A stretch of DNA of 64,000 nt from Octopus sinensis. Its lineage: Eukaryota. Position 1 is the first letter of the stretch. Each line of letters begins with the position of its first letter. Below the pieces are notes generated by a model. That model had not been told where the DNA came from. It saw only the letters and a list, made by a program, of their open reading frames with translations, and did not search any database. Both the position numbers and the translations under genes were made by a program. Shown here one piece after another: positions 53,960 through 64,000 of the stretch. Where the stretch lies: positions 30,504,001 through 30,568,000 of the forward strand of contig NC_043008.1 of the NCBI RefSeq assembly GCF_006345805.1, given 5' to 3'.

Positions 53960-54198
53960 AACTGATACTACGGGAAACAACATTTCCCAGAATTGTAAAT
54001 TTCTGCCTTGATATATTAAGGGCTATATAATGAAAATCGGCTTAATAATTACGCAAAAGAATAATTTGCGATAAGGGATATAATAAAATAGCATATATGT
54101 GTGGGTAGGATTCTTGTGCATATGTGTACGTATGTCTATATATGTCAATATTATATGTATGTATGTATATATGTACGTATGTATATATGTATATATAT

Positions 54199-54229
<31 letters not shown>

Positions 54230-54237
54230 GTATATAG

Positions 54238-54286
<49 letters not shown>

Positions 54287-54288
<2 letters not shown>

Positions 54289-54435
54289 TGTAGGAGTGGC
54301 TGTGTGGTAAGTAGCTTGCTTACCAACCACATGGGGGCACCTTGGGCAAGTGTCTTCTACGATAGCCTCGAGCCGACCAAAGCCTTGTGAGTGGATTTGG
54401 TAGACGGAAACTGAAAGAAGCTCGTCGTATATATG

Positions 54436-54468
<33 letters not shown>

Positions 54469-54652
54469 CTGCGTTTGTCCCCCCAACATCGCTTGACAAC
54501 CGATGCTGGTGTGCTTGCGTCTCCGTGAATTGGCGGTTCAGCAAAGGAGACCGATAGAATAAGTACTAGGCTTACAAAGAATAAGTCCTGGGGGTCGATT
54601 TGCTCGACTAAATGTTGTGCTCGAGCATGGCCACAGTCGAATGACTGAAAAG
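54287..54652 (+). mobile_element. SINE family A
   Basis: Near-consensus head and tail with an internal TA/TG tract. Confidence 0.93.
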
Positions 54653-54708
54653 ATTATATATATATATATATAACCGTTTCAATCGGTTCCATGCGATTTT
54701 AAGCTTTC

Positions 54709-54761
<53 letters not shown>

Positions 54762-55015
54762 TATATGTATTATTAAGTCTTGCGACAATCTAAAACCTGA
54801 AAGAGGCCCCATGAGGAGACTGGTAAACGTGAAGTCGCACGGGACCGAATCAAACTGTTTTAAATAACACATGTAACACCTACTAAGTATATTGAGCGTC
54901 CTTTTCTTTCTTTTGTCCACTCACTCGTATGTATGTATGTATGTATGTATGTATGTATATATATATATATATATGCGTGTTTGTATTATATATGAATGTA
55001 TGTATACATACTATA

Positions 55016-55058
<43 letters not shown>

Positions 55059-55423
55059 CATACAGACGTAATAGACATGCAAACATGACAAATTCAATTA
55101 TTTCTCTGTCGACTGATAGAATACTGATCTTTTTTTCACCATTAAGCGAGCTTCTCATCTCGTGACCACCACCACCATCGGAGAAATATGCAACCAAACT
55201 GTTTATATACAAGAGAAATCCAGTTGTTTTATAGAAATAGAGCTACTAATTTGCATACAATAAGTTTTTAACGCTGTATTTAATATTACTGACCGGTCAA
55301 CGAGGAAGTTAACCAACACAGTATCAACATATGATATATGTTAATCAACATACAAGATATATAAACATTGCAAAGTGTACTATTTATGTTTGTGCGAGTA
55401 TATATGTATGTATATGTGCGTGC

Positions 55424-55459
<36 letters not shown>

Positions 55460-55563
55460 GTCTGTGTATATATTTAGGTATGTATGTAAATACATAAGAT
55501 TTGGTCTTTGTGAATATAACTGTACGTATACGTGGTTGCGAGTGCGGAATTATCTATCTATCA

Positions 55564-55657
<94 letters not shown>

Positions 55658-55660
<3 letters not shown>

Positions 55661-55690
55661 ACGAAGAGCTCCGCTCGAAACGTTAAGCGC
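55658..55690 (+). ncRNA. Truncated Penelope-type hammerhead motif, U4C variant
   Basis: CCGACGA-A-GAGC(ucc)GCUC-GAAA-CGUU; the 5' strand of stem I is replaced by (TA)n. Same family as the 8202 motif. Confidence 0.45.
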
Positions 55691-55806
55691 TCCTTCTTTC
55701 CTTCTTTCCTGAGCGTCCAATAATTCTATATTTGTTCCACATCCTCGCGTTGTTGTGTTTTTTTTGTGTTTTCTTGTTTAGATTAACATTATATATATAT
55801 GCACAT

Positions 55807-55839
<33 letters not shown>

Positions 55840-55843
55840 GGAG

Positions 55844-56163
55844 TAGACCCGCTTCGGTCATAAATGACCATGGGATTGCACCTAGAAAGTTACCCTCCCA
55901 GACACAAGTCCGAGCAAGTTTGTTTATGGAAGACCAGCAGTCGCCCATGCATACCAGACTCCCCTCTCCACGCCACCAGTGTTATCCAAGTGAAAGTCAA
56001 CAGCCGATACAGCTTGCCACCTGTGACGTCGCAACTCATTTCTACTGCTGAGTGAACTGGAGCAACGTGAAATAAATCGTAATGCTGAAAAACACAATAC
56101 ACAGTCCGCTCCGGGAATCGAACTCACAACCTCACGATCGTAAGCTCGACTCTCTACCACCGA
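55844..56163 (-). mobile_element. SINE family B, inverted relative to the 53621 copy
   Basis: Reverse complement alignable along its whole length with 53621-53959. Confidence 0.92.
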
Positions 56164-56702
56164 ACGCGTAGTATGAAGTTCAACAAGTAGTAGGACTCTC
56201 GATCAGTGGGGAAAGCAAATATCTTTTGGAAACAAATAACGCAAATCCAAGTGAAATTCAGCTACGCAAGCTTTCTTAAGCGTAATATTAAAGTTATTTC
56301 CGCATTTCTCAGGATGAATATGTCTACATGAAGTGCTGTATATGTACATAATATGTATGTATGTGTATCTAAAGGTCTTGGGTTCTAAACATAGGATTGA
56401 AACCATACAAATATTACTCGAGTAGCCGTTTGCAGGTAACAAATTAATAGAGTACGAAACGGAGTATAACCATGAGATATAGGAAGGCTATACCTGAATC
56501 AGAACACATAGAGTATGAGGACGCACATTCGATGAATATTATAAATGAAGTATAAAACTGCAAATATGTTGCGTGCGATGACGTTCAAACAGTCTGATGC
56601 CGAAAGAACTGTAACAATTCTTTTGTTGTCTTTGACAAGCAGATTTTTTTATATTTACGGTTAACAGCTGGGGTTGCTGTGTATGCGAATTAAATTTCGA
56701 AC

Positions 56703-56935
56703 TTAGAGAATGGAGTAGATAGAATTCAGGCTAGATATGTTTCATAGTTAACAGAAACTGTTTGCTCAAACAAGGGTAATCCGCTAGCTATTCGTCGGAC
56801 CAATGAATCTGCTTGTCGACAATATAAACTCAATTTGATTAAAGTATCTTTGGCCCTATGAAAAGCTACCGGACTACCACTCGTTTGGGTAATTACAACA
56901 TATGTAGCCTGGATTTTATCTACTCCATACCATAA
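56703..56935. mobile_element. Shorter MITE of the same family as 48962-49507
   Basis: TIRs ttagagaatggagtagatagaattcaggcta / tagcctggattttatctactccataccataa. Confidence 0.75.
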
Positions 56936-56970
56936 TTTTCGATATATATATGCATATGTATGTGTGTATG

Positions 56971-57014
<44 letters not shown>

Positions 57015-57067
57015 CGCTTGTGCGTTGATGTATGTGTGCATATATATATATATATATACACATACAC

Positions 57068-57228
57068 ATACACATCCTTCATGTTTACTTATTATTTCAT
57101 CTTCCTGTGATATATATATATATGTGTGTGAGGGGGTGAGAGAGAGAGTGCGCGCGCGTGAGTGTGTGCGCGCGTGCATGCGTGCGTGTGTGCGTCTTTG
57201 TCCCCAGACACAACAATATCTATCTATC

Positions 57229-57268
<40 letters not shown>

Positions 57269-57276
57269 TACATAGA
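57068..57276 (+). repeat. Direct duplication unit, copy 1 (copy 2 at 58623-58834)
   Basis: ~210 bp matching by eye apart from microsatellite lengths. Confidence 0.9.
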
Positions 57277-57426
57277 CGCCATAAGCATTTTCTATAAACT
57301 TTCGGGGGAACGTCAAATAATACTTTGTGTGAACGATGAGTCCTAGTCACATACATCTTTAAATTAATTGTACATATAATGTTAAATTCTTCCTAAAACG
57401 ACTATATATATATATATAGTCACACG

Positions 57427-57815
57427 CAAGCGTGGCTTTTGTGGTGAGAAGCTTGCTTCCAAGCCACATTGTTTGGGTTCAGTTTCCCTACGTGGCACCT
57501 TGCGCAATTGTCTTCTACTATAGCCCCGAGTAGACCAAAGCCTTGTGACTGGATTTGGTAGACGAAAAGTAAAAAGAATCGTGTCATATATACGTGTGTA
57601 TATGGAATTCTATGTGTGTGTGTGTTTGTGTGTTAGCCTGTGACCCCACCCACCATCGCTTGACAACTGGATATTCGCGTGCTTATGTCCCCGTGAATTA
57701 TATAAGCAGTATAGGCTTACAAAAAATAAGTCCTGGGGTCGATTTATTCGACGAAAGCCATTTAAGGCGATCCGCCAGCATGGTTGTCGTCAAATGACCG
57801 AAACAAGTAAAAGAA
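57427..57815 (+). mobile_element. SINE family A
   Basis: Head gcgtggct..gtggtgagaagcttgcttcc, tail agtcctggggtcgattt..cagcatgg..caaatgaccgaaacaagtaaaaga. Confidence 0.88.
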
Positions 57816-58114
57816 TAAGGGAATGGGTGGGTGTGTGTCTGTGTGTGTGTGTGTATGCGTGTAATTTCCTTACATCTATAAAGGACCTGTAACCAACTGT
57901 GTTGGAGTATATGACAGAGAGTGGGTTCGTTTGCAAAGTCGTATGCCAGTAACAAATACATATGCTCAATCATATCTGACTTGGGGGTCAAACAACGTCA
58001 GACGTCAAGTTATCTGTGCTCTTTCATATCCGTGACAGGCAGATTTAAATACAGAGAGATATAAACGGTAAGAACAAAGATTCTGCAACACAAGTCAAGT
58101 ATTAGTATAACTGA

Positions 58115-58180
<66 letters not shown>

Positions 58181-58622
58181 TGATATAGAGGGAGAGCGAG
58201 AGAGAGACAGAGAGAGAGTGAGTGAGTGAGTGAGTGAATGAGTGAGTGACTGAGTGAGTGAGTGACAGAGACAGACAGACAGACACATTGAAATGATAGC
58301 TATTGCAAAGATGAGCAAATCATTAGATTGAAAATAGATACTCGTGGTAACCCGATATATACATTAAATGTTAAATACGTAGAAAAGTAGATAGATAGAT
58401 ACATACATACATACATACATACATACATACATACATAATACATACATACATACATACATACATACATAAAGAGGTAATAGATAGATAGAGAGATAGAGAG
58501 ATAGAGGGAGCGAGAGGGGGGAAAGAAATAGATAGATGGACACAGAGAAAGATGTAATATATTTTTGTTCAATTGGCTTTTTGTTTCCTATTCTCTTCAA
58601 TATCATCTATTGTTCCCATCTT

Positions 58623-58788
58623 ATACACATCCTTCATGTTTACTTATTATTTCATCTTCCTGTGATATATATATATATGTGTGTGTGAGGGGGGTGAGAG
58701 AGAGAGAGTGCGCGCGCGTGAGTGTGTGCGCGCGTGCATGCGTGCGTGTGTGCGTCTTTGTCCCCAGACACAACAATATCTATCTATC

Positions 58789-58826
<38 letters not shown>

Positions 58827-58834
58827 TACATAGA
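58623..58834 (+). repeat. Direct duplication unit, copy 2
   Basis: Matches 57068-57276. Confidence 0.9.
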
Positions 58835-58923
58835 TATGTGACACTACATAAATATTGCTACACAAATACATACATACGCACACATATACATACATATGTA
58901 TCTGTATGTACATGTGTATATAC

Positions 58924-58967
<44 letters not shown>

Positions 58968-59964
58968 ATATATATATATATACAAATATACTTACATATG
59001 CGTGTGCATGTATGTACGCGGCATATATATATATATATATGTGTGTGTGTGTATCATATGCTTAACCCCGTCTTCTTCTGCTCTTCTTTTCTCTCAATCC
59101 CTCTCTCTCCCTCTCTCCACCGCTCTCATCTTGTGTTGCTTTGATTTCTTCGCTTCTCTGCTTTTCTGTATCTATCTCTATGACTTTCTTTTTCTGTATT
59201 TTCTTTTTTTTTTCTTGGTTACGTTTCAAAGCATTTTAATTCTATTGACTTTGCATTGAAATACAACAAAACTCTAGAATAAATAGGATACGGAAAGTAT
59301 ATTTTTGTTTGCTTTCTTATTGTTCTTTGTGTTTGTTGTTTTCATTTTTTACAAATTCTACTTTAGTTTGTTTATGGGATCAATGTTTTAAGTTGCTCAT
59401 ATTTATTTTTTGTTTTGACAATCTGTAATTAGTTTTATCTTTTCTTTCTCTGCCGTTACATCCAGTCTTTTCGTTATATGTATATTGTTTCTCGTATGTC
59501 TTTCTTCATCTATTGTTTCTTATCATCGAAGGAAGCTGGGGGTACTTACAGAAATGGGGGAATATTCAACAAAATACTCTTGCAGTTTTTCATTCTGTTT
59601 CTCTATACTCAGTTTTCAAATCCCGCTGAGTTCTACGTTACACGTTTCTGGTTTTATAAAATGAAGTACCACTGAGGAAATGGAGGCAAACAGGATCAAC
59701 TCTTCTCACGTCCCTTAAATTCATAGACGCCTGCCTACGTAAGAAATGGTTATTGAATGAGGTTAGGTGGGTTGACATAATCAGTAAAGCGTTGCACAAA
59801 ATACGTTTGAGATATTGCACATTCTCTTGTCAATCCGTGTATATTGCTATACATTTTCCCAGTACAATACAAGAAACTGCTGCTACTTCTGCTTCTCCAT
59901 CCCTCCCAATTCTTGCAATTGTGCCCATGTTATAACTCATATGTTCATATCATTAGGAAGAATT

Positions 59965-60170
59965 AGAGAGTGATGGTTTAGCGGAAAACATTAGAGCGCG
60001 GGAAAAATGCTGTGCGTTATTTGTTCCGGTTTGTGATGTGAATTGAAACCCACCGAGGTTAATTTTGTGTTTCGCCCTTTCGGAATCCCTAAATTAAAGT
60101 ACTGGTCAAACAGTGGGTTGATAGCACCGACTGTTTCTCATACTCCTAAAATTGCTTGCCAAATGCTTAA
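59965..60170 (+). mobile_element. SINE family C, degenerate
   Basis: ..accgaggttaattttg..cgccctttcgg..aaattaaagtactgg. Confidence 0.6.
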
Positions 60171-60596
60171 AAAAAGCAAATAATTTTAACTGGGAGTAAG
60201 AGGAAGTGCGAGTCGAAAGTGTAAAGAGATCCGTCGAGTTTAAATACTTTATTTTTGTAAAGTAAGAAATAAATTGACTCACGAAGACGGTTTCAATTTT
60301 AGTTTACTTTTCTAAACGGTTGGATGTCTCACATGCCTCCCTTCTCCTTTCAAAATATATTGATGCAACGAATATATTGATACTACGAAAATATTCAAAA
60401 GTCCTTGTTTTCTCTTCAGAATGTAATTTTTATCCTCACTAGTCACTAAGAATATTCTAGTGTTGTGACCTTTGCTGCTGATTAAACAACTAGACATAAT
60501 CATGCGAAATATTATTATACGAAATGTTGATTAAAACAAAATATATACAATATACACTTAGTTTTGAAAGTTGAATGTCGGCTGAAACTAATTCAC

Positions 60597-60705
60597 TTCC
60601 CTTCTGCTTCCACAAAGTTTTAAATATCACAACTCTCTCATTGGACATATTCGCGCTTCTATATTTATCAATTAACTTATTCGTGTCAATCTCTGACATT
60701 TTTAC
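60597..60705 (-). CDS. Candidate exon (VKMSEIDTNKLIDKYRSANMSNERVVIFKTLWKQKG), unidentified
   Basis: Acceptor ttctaaatttgttcacag|, donor A|gtgaat, open frame in unique sequence. Confidence 0.2.
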
Positions 60706-61829
60706 CTGTGAACAAATTTAGAAGGTAGTAATTTCCCCTAGCATTTCATCGATACGATGCATAGGTTATAAATTAATATCCACCAGGTGCACAGTGAGAA
60801 CCGTTACTTTAAACTATACAACATTGCACATATGTGAGGTTCTGATTTATTTAGATATCAATATCAATAAATATTTTTCGACTCAGACACAGACAGTATG
60901 CCAGACATAAAATGGAATGCAGGTCGATCCACTGAATACTCGATTAATACTTTTTTAATCCTCATAAATATGAAAGGCAAGGTAAAAATTGATATAAAAT
61001 TAATGCATTGAAATGACAAAATGCGTAGGTTATTTCATTAAAATACCGTTTATTTAAAGTTACATTTCTTTAAACCCTTAATTTTTATCTTCTCTGAGTG
61101 CTATACAATCGCTCGCCAAGACATAAATATATGGCTGAGATATATATTGTATTTCTCCTGTGTTTGCATTATTCCTACCACTGCAGCAGTGTCTTCGCTA
61201 CTCGAAGTTGGTTGGATTCGTGTAACTCCTTTCATACTCTTCGGACTTATGCATCTCTCTCGCTCTCATCCTCCATATTCCCAGTATCGCACTGAACACG
61301 ATTCCCAGGTTGGCCCTTTGGAATTCACTTTTATCTATAGTGCTACTGTACCATAGTGCTTCTGTACCGCACTGTTATTGAAGACTTCAACTTATACTTA
61401 AGTGCCACAAGCCTTTCCTCTATGCTAGAACAATAAGCATACTTCATTAATGAATAGAATAAGTATAGGACATATAGTGGATGAGAATATTAATTCTAAT
61501 TGTCCTCAATTTTATGAATAATTACATAAATTCTATTTCGAAACCGGATCGTTGGATAACTTACAAACGAAGTAACAAAATCTCCTGGACTCCACTAGTT
61601 CCCGTGAAATAAGATAATTACTAATACACGTAAAGGTTACTGAGAGAAACATATCACAAATTTCTCTTGCTTGCGAGTATGACTGGCCGCATGAGCGATG
61701 CTTTTGCTAATTGTTTTACGTGAGCAATGTAGATACAGTCAGCCAGTCTACAACATGGCTATCCAGAACACACCGGATGCGACGTTTGGATCAAAAGAAA
61801 TTTACACAAATACTCGGCTACTACTAAAT

Positions 61830-61980
61830 TTTCGGTGAAGTGAACTGGAACATCATGAAACTTAATGCTTTATACAAACACACAACACACCGCCTATCCC
61901 GGAAATCGAATCAATGACCCTTTGATCATAAGACAAGCCTGGCGTTTTACCTGACACCCCAACCACTAAGCTATTGCATT
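61830..61980 (-). mobile_element. Degenerate SINE family B-related 5' part
   Basis: gtgaactggaac..cacaacac..ccggaaatcgaa..accactaagc, the reverse complement of a tRNA-like head. Confidence 0.5.
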
Positions 61981-62655
61981 TGCAAGTAAACACATTAGAG
62001 TGAGGAATTTCATGTATTTCATTATACACGGCCTAAGTTTTTATTTTATACAAATCCCACTTCTTACGTTACACTACAAATTGGCAGTACAAATATTTTT
62101 ATCGTGACTCTTCCTGACAAATATATTCTGTGTATTATGCTGTCTTCGTTTCGAAATTCTCAGAATTGCTTTTAGTTTCATTAACAATAATCCAAGCTTT
62201 CAAACTTCGATGCTGCTAAGGAACCTTTTATTCACAAACCGTTCGTTGTTCGGATAATTTCAGAGAAAAAATATTCAGTCCCACAATTTCAAATCCCTTG
62301 CCGCTTAGATGAATCGCATATTCGCAACGCCCTTGTTAATTCAGATGTTTCCACAAACGGCAATCCCACATTTACAAGTCTCTTGTTGTTTAGATGTTCT
62401 CACAAATAGCAATCCCACATTCCCAAATCAATTTTGGTTTGGATGATTTGACAACTAATAGAAAGTTTTGGGACACATACGGAAAAAAGTTCAAAATTAA
62501 AACGGCCTACGGTTTACCTTACATTGCTCAACAGATGAATAATTAAGTACCATTAATTTATCCACTCCCTTGACATGATACGAGGAGACCTGAACTCTTC
62601 CGCGTCCTACAGTTCAGAGTTGTTTTCATGTTATACATACATCTTTGTACCTCAG

Positions 62656-62686
62656 CTGTCGGTAAAATTTGACAATTCACCACATG
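62656..62686 (+). CDS. Candidate 31-nt micro-exon (LSVKFDNSPHx)
   Basis: Acceptor catacatctttgtacctcag|, donor ATG|gtaagt, only phase 0 is open. Confidence 0.3.
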
Positions 62687-62994
62687 GTAAGTCTTTTACA
62701 ATACGACTATCCTCCAAGTGATGAGCAAACCGAGTTCATTAAATTCGTCCTGGTGAAAGAAAGTGCGTCTAAAGAAGAGAGAAGACAAGGGGTGGGGGTT
62801 GCCAGCTTTGGTAGGTACTTCAGTATTGCAGATCTTGCAATATTTTGTGTACCAACCAACAGTAATATATTGTGCTCAATAAATGCGCTACATGTAACAT
62901 CCTTCTATATGAATATTGGCCTTGTGCTTCGAGAACAGAAATCGATATTTAATATTTTCATAAAGCAGATTACTATCTCGGAAAATAACAACAT

Positions 62995-63002
62995 CAATAA
63001 TA

Positions 63003-63052
<50 letters not shown>

Positions 63053-63056
63053 AATG

Positions 63057-63120
<64 letters not shown>

Positions 63121-63130
63121 TAATAATTAA
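62995..63130. repeat. Compound (GAT)n(AAT)n microsatellite
   Basis: Direct reading. Confidence 0.97.
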
Positions 63131-63269
63131 AACAAGTCCAAACAATATTTTTTTGCACAATACAATTTTGTTTGCCGATATCGCTTCTTTCCAATTTTTT
63201 ATTGTTTTTCATTTATCATAATCCGTAACTATGGGAACGTTACGCATTGTTTGTAGCATTTACAGTAAA

Positions 63270-63686
63270 GATGGTGTTGTTGTTGTTATGGTGGTGGAGT
63301 GTTGGTGGAAGTAGTAGTCGTGGTCGTTGATGTTTTAGTGTTGGGACTGGTGGTGGTTGTGATCTTGTCGTTGATAGTCATGATTTTGGTTGTAATGATG
63401 GTAGTTGTTGTTGCGTTGGTGGTGGTGGTGTTGTTGTTTGTTGGTGGTGATGATGTGTTGGTGTGTGGGGGCGGGGCAGTAGTAATAGTAGTTGTGGTCA
63501 GAGATGCTTTCACTAGTGTTGGGAGCTGTGTAAATTGCGGTGGTGGTGGTGGTGGTGATGGTGGTGGTGGTGGCGGTGGTGGTGGAGGTGGTGGCGGTTA
63601 TGGTGGAGGCGGCGGTAGTAGTGGTGGTGATGGTGGTAGTGATGGAGGTGGTGGTAAAATGGAGGCAATGGTGGTGGTGGTGGTGC

Positions 63687-63730
<44 letters not shown>

Positions 63731-64000
63731 AATAGCAGTAGTGGTTATGGTGATGGCCGTGGTTGTAGTACGTGGTGACGGGGGTGATGGCGTTTCAGGT
63801 GATGATGGCTTGTGTGGTGGTGGTGGTGTTGGTGGTTGAAATTGTTGCTTCGGAGAGACAAGTTGTGGCGAGGTGGTGTTTCGGGTTTCGTAAGGATTGT
63901 TATTTTAGGAGTGGTTGAAGGCGTTGAAATTTGTGGCACTCGTAGTACTTCTGGTGGTGGTGATAGTGGAGGGTGGTGGCGGTGGCTGTGACTGTGGTGG
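63270..64000. repeat. Degenerate (GGT/GTA/GTT)n low-complexity tract
   Basis: Direct reading; explains the poly-V/G/T/H ORFs. Confidence 0.93.

Overview
AT-rich eukaryotic DNA, most likely from an octopus (coleoid cephalopod). This is inferred from the SINE families and the dense (TA)n, (TAGA)n and (AAT)n microsatellites. The window reads as intronic or intergenic. I found no identifiable intact protein-coding gene, rRNA, true tRNA or CRISPR array, and almost all ORFs in the supplied track are microsatellite or low-complexity translations. Supported content: three common tRNA-derived SINE families; Penelope-like elements (RT with RYVDD motif, GIY-YIG endonuclease); R4/Dong-like RLE LINE fragments; CR1-like 3' ends; an internally deleted mariner with both TIRs; and MITEs and foldbacks. 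A few splice-site-flanked candidate exons, including 30-nt phase-1 micro-exons, belong to an unidentified host gene. The most notable observation is a set of minimal Penelope-type hammerhead ribozyme motifs. Two of them form the tail of a short element with a tRNA-like Pol III head and an internal (AAT)n tract, present as a head-to-head pair at 23.76-24.43 kb. This is a candidate hammerhead-bearing SINE that may be mobilised by Penelope-like elements. All folds, translations and alignments were done by eye and need computational confirmation.
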